The position numbers and the translations under genes are program-made. A stretch of DNA of 63,384 bases, the filler included, from Octopus bimaculoides (lineage: Eukaryota), in NCBI RefSeq assembly GCF_001194135.2. It is 4 parts of 4 records of this genome, joined end to end, with 100 filler letters (N's around TTAATTAATTAA, not from the genome) between each part and the next. Parts side by side here need not be neighbours in the genome. Positions count along the whole stretch, not along the records: positions 58,387 to 63,384 come from NC_068983.1; 3 more parts are not named here. One strand, written 5' to 3'. The notes below the pieces were generated by a model, which saw only the letters and a list, made by a program, of their open reading frames with translations, did not search any database and was not told the DNA's origin. This document shows, in pieces, positions 60,320 to 63,384 of this stretch. Each line of letters begins with the position of its first letter. Within the stretch, counting starts at the first letter, position 1.

Positions 60320-61084
60320 CACTTGACAGATGGGAAATGTGAATGAAATACAGAAAGAAAGAGACAGCAAAAGAAAGAAAAGGGTAAGAAGAATGTGTCG
60401 AAGTGATAAAAAGAAAAACAAAAAGAGTAAGTGAAGAAGATGAAAAATAGTGCGAGACGAGACGGACAAAGGAGGGTTGTACAGAGAGAAAGGGAAAAAT
60501 ATGAAGTGAAAAAGTAAAAAGAAATGAAGTATGAATACTATGGAATCTGCTGTTGGGAGTTACAGAGTTGAAAAGGATTCGTTAGAAAAACTACATTCTG
60601 CGTTTGAATGGAATTCGTACTTTGCTGTGTATTTTACATATTCCAAATAAAAATGAACGAATGGGCTAATGGCATGAATTTAGACAATCAAGTTGAAGAG
60701 TAATCTACGGCATATACATGCTATACACAGAAATTTAAACATCTCTCTTGATTGGAAACACAAAGGGTGATTTGACGAGTGCCTTTGATCTTTTCTGAGA
60801 CAGCTAGATTCTGTTCATTCAGGTATAGCACACACACACACACACACAAGATTTGTAGCGAATGTAACGCAAAAGTGGTTATAATGTATTTACTAACACA
60901 TACAGGGGATCTTTCTGAATTGATGGGCGCCACTTTTTATTTGTTTTATTTAGTGTGTTTTCTACCGAAACACTTTCAAACTTCGTATACTTGTATATTT
61001 TGTGTTATAGAACAGATAAAAAATTTTGTATTCGAAGTTATTTCATGTAAAAAATTGTCGTATTTCGGTAATTTCAACCAATCA

Positions 61085-62288
61085 CTGACGTCTCCAATTG
61101 TAGTAATGCATCGGTCCAGATGCATTTTCCACAGTTCGAAGTGATGCCTTTTAACGCCTCCGTCGGTTTTTTTTTTCCCCTCTTCCATATCTGCAAAACG
61201 TCTTCCTTTAAGATTTTTTTACATTCGGGGAAAGAAAAAAAAAAGTTGCAGGAAGCAAGATCGGGTGAATAGGGAGGCTGGGTAAGCGGGATCATGCCAA
61301 TTTTGGTCAAAAACTGTTTCATATTCAAGGTGTGCGCAGGCGCATTGTCGTGATGAAACCACCAATCTTCACTTTGTCATGTCAGGGCATTTTCGTCTCA
61401 CCGCGTCCCGCAAACGCTTCAGATCTGCCAAGTAAAATGTCTGGTTAACAGTTTGACCAGGAGGAACAAATTCTATGTTGATAATTCCTTTCGCATCGAT
61501 GAAACAAATCAGCATCGTCTTGACAGTGGACTTCACTTGACGCACTCTTTGGGGACGTGGTGACATTAAATGCTTCCATTGATTTGATTGCTGCTTCGTT
61601 TCCGGGTTGTAGCCATAGCACCAGCTTTCATCACTAGTGATGACCTTCGAAAAGAGGTCCGGATAAACGGATGAACTTCCAACTGTTCTTTCAGTTCACG
61701 ACACGCATTCAGTCGTGAGTGCTTTTGATCTTCTGTGAGCAAGCGAGGCACAAATTCTGCTGCAACTCTTTTTATTCAGAATTCCTCGCTCAAAATTCGT
61801 TGGGAGAAGCTTCAGGACATACCAGTCATACCAACAAGTTCGTCAATTTTTCGGTGACGGTCCTCCAAGATCAGTTTATAAATTTTCATGTTTTCATTCG
61901 TCAGGAGGTCGACTGTTGCCCTGAACGAGGTTGGTCTTCAGGCAACAAATGACCACAAAAACGTGAAAATCACACGTGAACTTGTGTTTTTTCTCATTGC
62001 AGCATCCTTGTAAGCTGTTTGAAGTATGACAACTGTTTTGGCTGCAGTTTTCCCCAGCAGAAAACAGAATTTTACGAAAACATGCAGTTCCTTCATTTCA
62101 GCCATCGCAAAAATCGACGAACAGAGAAGCACTGCAAAACAAAGCCGCACTACGTGGCAGTACAACCCAAACCGACGCCGCCAGTCGGCAGACTGATGTC
62201 GCATCAAGTAGCTCCTAGCGGCGGAAGTCTGAATTACAACGGGCTTGTCCCACAGGGAATATTTCCGGTTACTTTTGGATACCCCCGC
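61085..62288 (-). mobile_element. Mariner (Tc1/mariner DD34D-type) transposon with a disrupted transposase
   Basis: VKFCFLLGKTAAKT, PRLLTEDQK, VITSDESWCYGYNPETKQQ, KSTVKTMLICFIDAKG, EFVPPGQTVNQ, FHHDNAPAH, PPYSPDLASCNFF; TIR-like end cgggggtatccaaaagtaaccggaa at 62262-62287; frameshifts, and the third catalytic D reads N. Confidence 0.92.
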
Positions 62289-62654
62289 TGGTGCAGCTTA
62301 AAACATTTATTTACACCCGTTTGGTGTTTTTTTTTTTTGTATTATATATATTTTATTTCAAGTTGTCAATAGAAACATCAGGAACCTGTTACTGGTTTTC
62401 TACGGCTGTTTAGCCCCCTCTAGGGGCTATCTTCGGCCCACCAAAGAAGTTCGGTGGACGTTTAATTCAATTTAATCAAACACAACTCAATAAGATGGCG
62501 GAGCGCGTCTTGAAAGAGTTGGGGGGTAAAAAAAACAACTCCTACCACGAATCTGGTGACTGCTGAAGATTTCCTTCCCCTTCCTTCCGCTACTGGCAAC
62601 AATACAGGAGAAGGGGAGGAGAAAAGCGAGACTGTTAATGTATAAAATCCACCT

Positions 62655-62870
62655 CGTAGTAACAGCAGCAGTAGCAGTAACAACAACAGCGGTAGCAGTG
62701 ACAACAGCAGCAGCTGCAACCGTGACAGCTGCAGTAGCAGTAGTAGTAACAACAGTAACAACAATAGCAAAAGTGACAACAGCAACAACAGAACCAACAG
62801 CAACAACATCGTCAAGAACAACAACAACGGCAGCAGCAACAAAACCAACAGCAACGAGCACATTACCAAC
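62655..62870. repeat. Imperfect (CAG/CAA/TAG)n trinucleotide tract
   Basis: Direct inspection. Confidence 0.85.
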
Positions 62871-62933
62871 AACTAAATGTCCCCTATATGTCGGCCCAAG
62901 TGGCCAATAAATGAAATAATAATAATAATAATG

Positions 62934-62962
<29 letters not shown>

Positions 62963-62965
<3 letters not shown>

Positions 62966-63384
62966 GACTGGATGCTAAAACTTGTCTTAAAACATGAAAG
63001 CATCTGAAAAACTCTGAGGACTGGATGCTAAAACTTGTCTTAAAACATAAAAGCAAGAAAGCATCTTACTCAGTAAAAGAACAGGCAAAGGAATATCTAA
63101 GTGAATTCCAATTGCAACAAATTCAAGAATTAGACGAACTAGAAACACCTGCAGTAAAAGCTAAGCGCTTGAAAACCCGTGCAAAAATTGCTGCCTTAGA
63201 TATTATGACTGAAAAATGGCATGGAAAACCTCTCAATGGCAAATACCCAAAGAGAGCGAATAATGCAGATATTGACAAAGCCTTTACCCATCAATGGCTA
63301 ATGGCCTCTGGCTTGAAATCAGAAGCAGAGGGGTTTATCATAGCAGCCCAAGATCAATGCCTACCTACAAAGAACTACCAGGCC
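62963..63384 (+). mobile_element. 5'-truncated R4/Dong-like non-LTR retrotransposon (post-RT region), running off the window end
   Basis: Stop-free frame from 63004: LKNSEDWMLKLVLKH...EKWHGKPLNGKYPK...THQWLMASGLKSEAEGFIIAAQDQCLPTKNYQA (W..KPL.G, WL, E.EGFI.A.QDQ...T.NY motifs of R4-clade ORFs); begins directly after (TAA)n. Confidence 0.85.

Noticed and set aside
60895-60935. Left TIR of the mariner (tacaggggatc...)
   Set aside because: Only the first few bases resemble the right-hand TIR; the left end is not confidently identifiable
62487-63056. Thr/Ala-rich and Leu/Val-rich ORFs
   Set aside because: Translations of an imperfect CAG/CAA tract on both strands

Overview
AT-rich, microsatellite- and transposon-dense animal genomic DNA. 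The style of the C2H2 zinc-finger gene and the repeat families point to an octopus or other coleoid cephalopod (inference). The window is four assembly pieces joined by artificial 100-bp spacers (44 N + TTAATTAATTAA + 44 N at 27839, 42476 and 58287), so adjacency across those points is unproven. Two genes are supported, both in the first piece. (1) A spliced + strand gene that the ORF track misses: five phase-compatible exons (3137-15850) encode the C-terminal half of a divergent ceramide-kinase/sphingosine-kinase-like protein. (2) A convergent - strand ORF (24470-25903) encodes a 477-aa protein with 15 intact and 1 degenerate C2H2 fingers, followed by a decayed finger tail. The rest is decayed mobile DNA: an APE-type LINE with a CCCH ORF1, RTE LINEs, Penelope-like elements, a mariner, a MITE, four SINE families, and two stop-free R4/Dong-like RLE retroelement fragments that start in (TAA)n tracts. 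Short dispersed repeats carry a minimal hammerhead-ribozyme-like motif. I found no CRISPR, rRNA or true tRNA genes. No clearly new biological system is proven; the best leads are the hidden divergent lipid kinase gene, the hammerhead-like repeats, the TAA-targeting retroelements and a tail-to-tail SINE hairpin in an intron. All family assignments are from motif recognition by eye, not database searches, and repeat boundaries are approximate.
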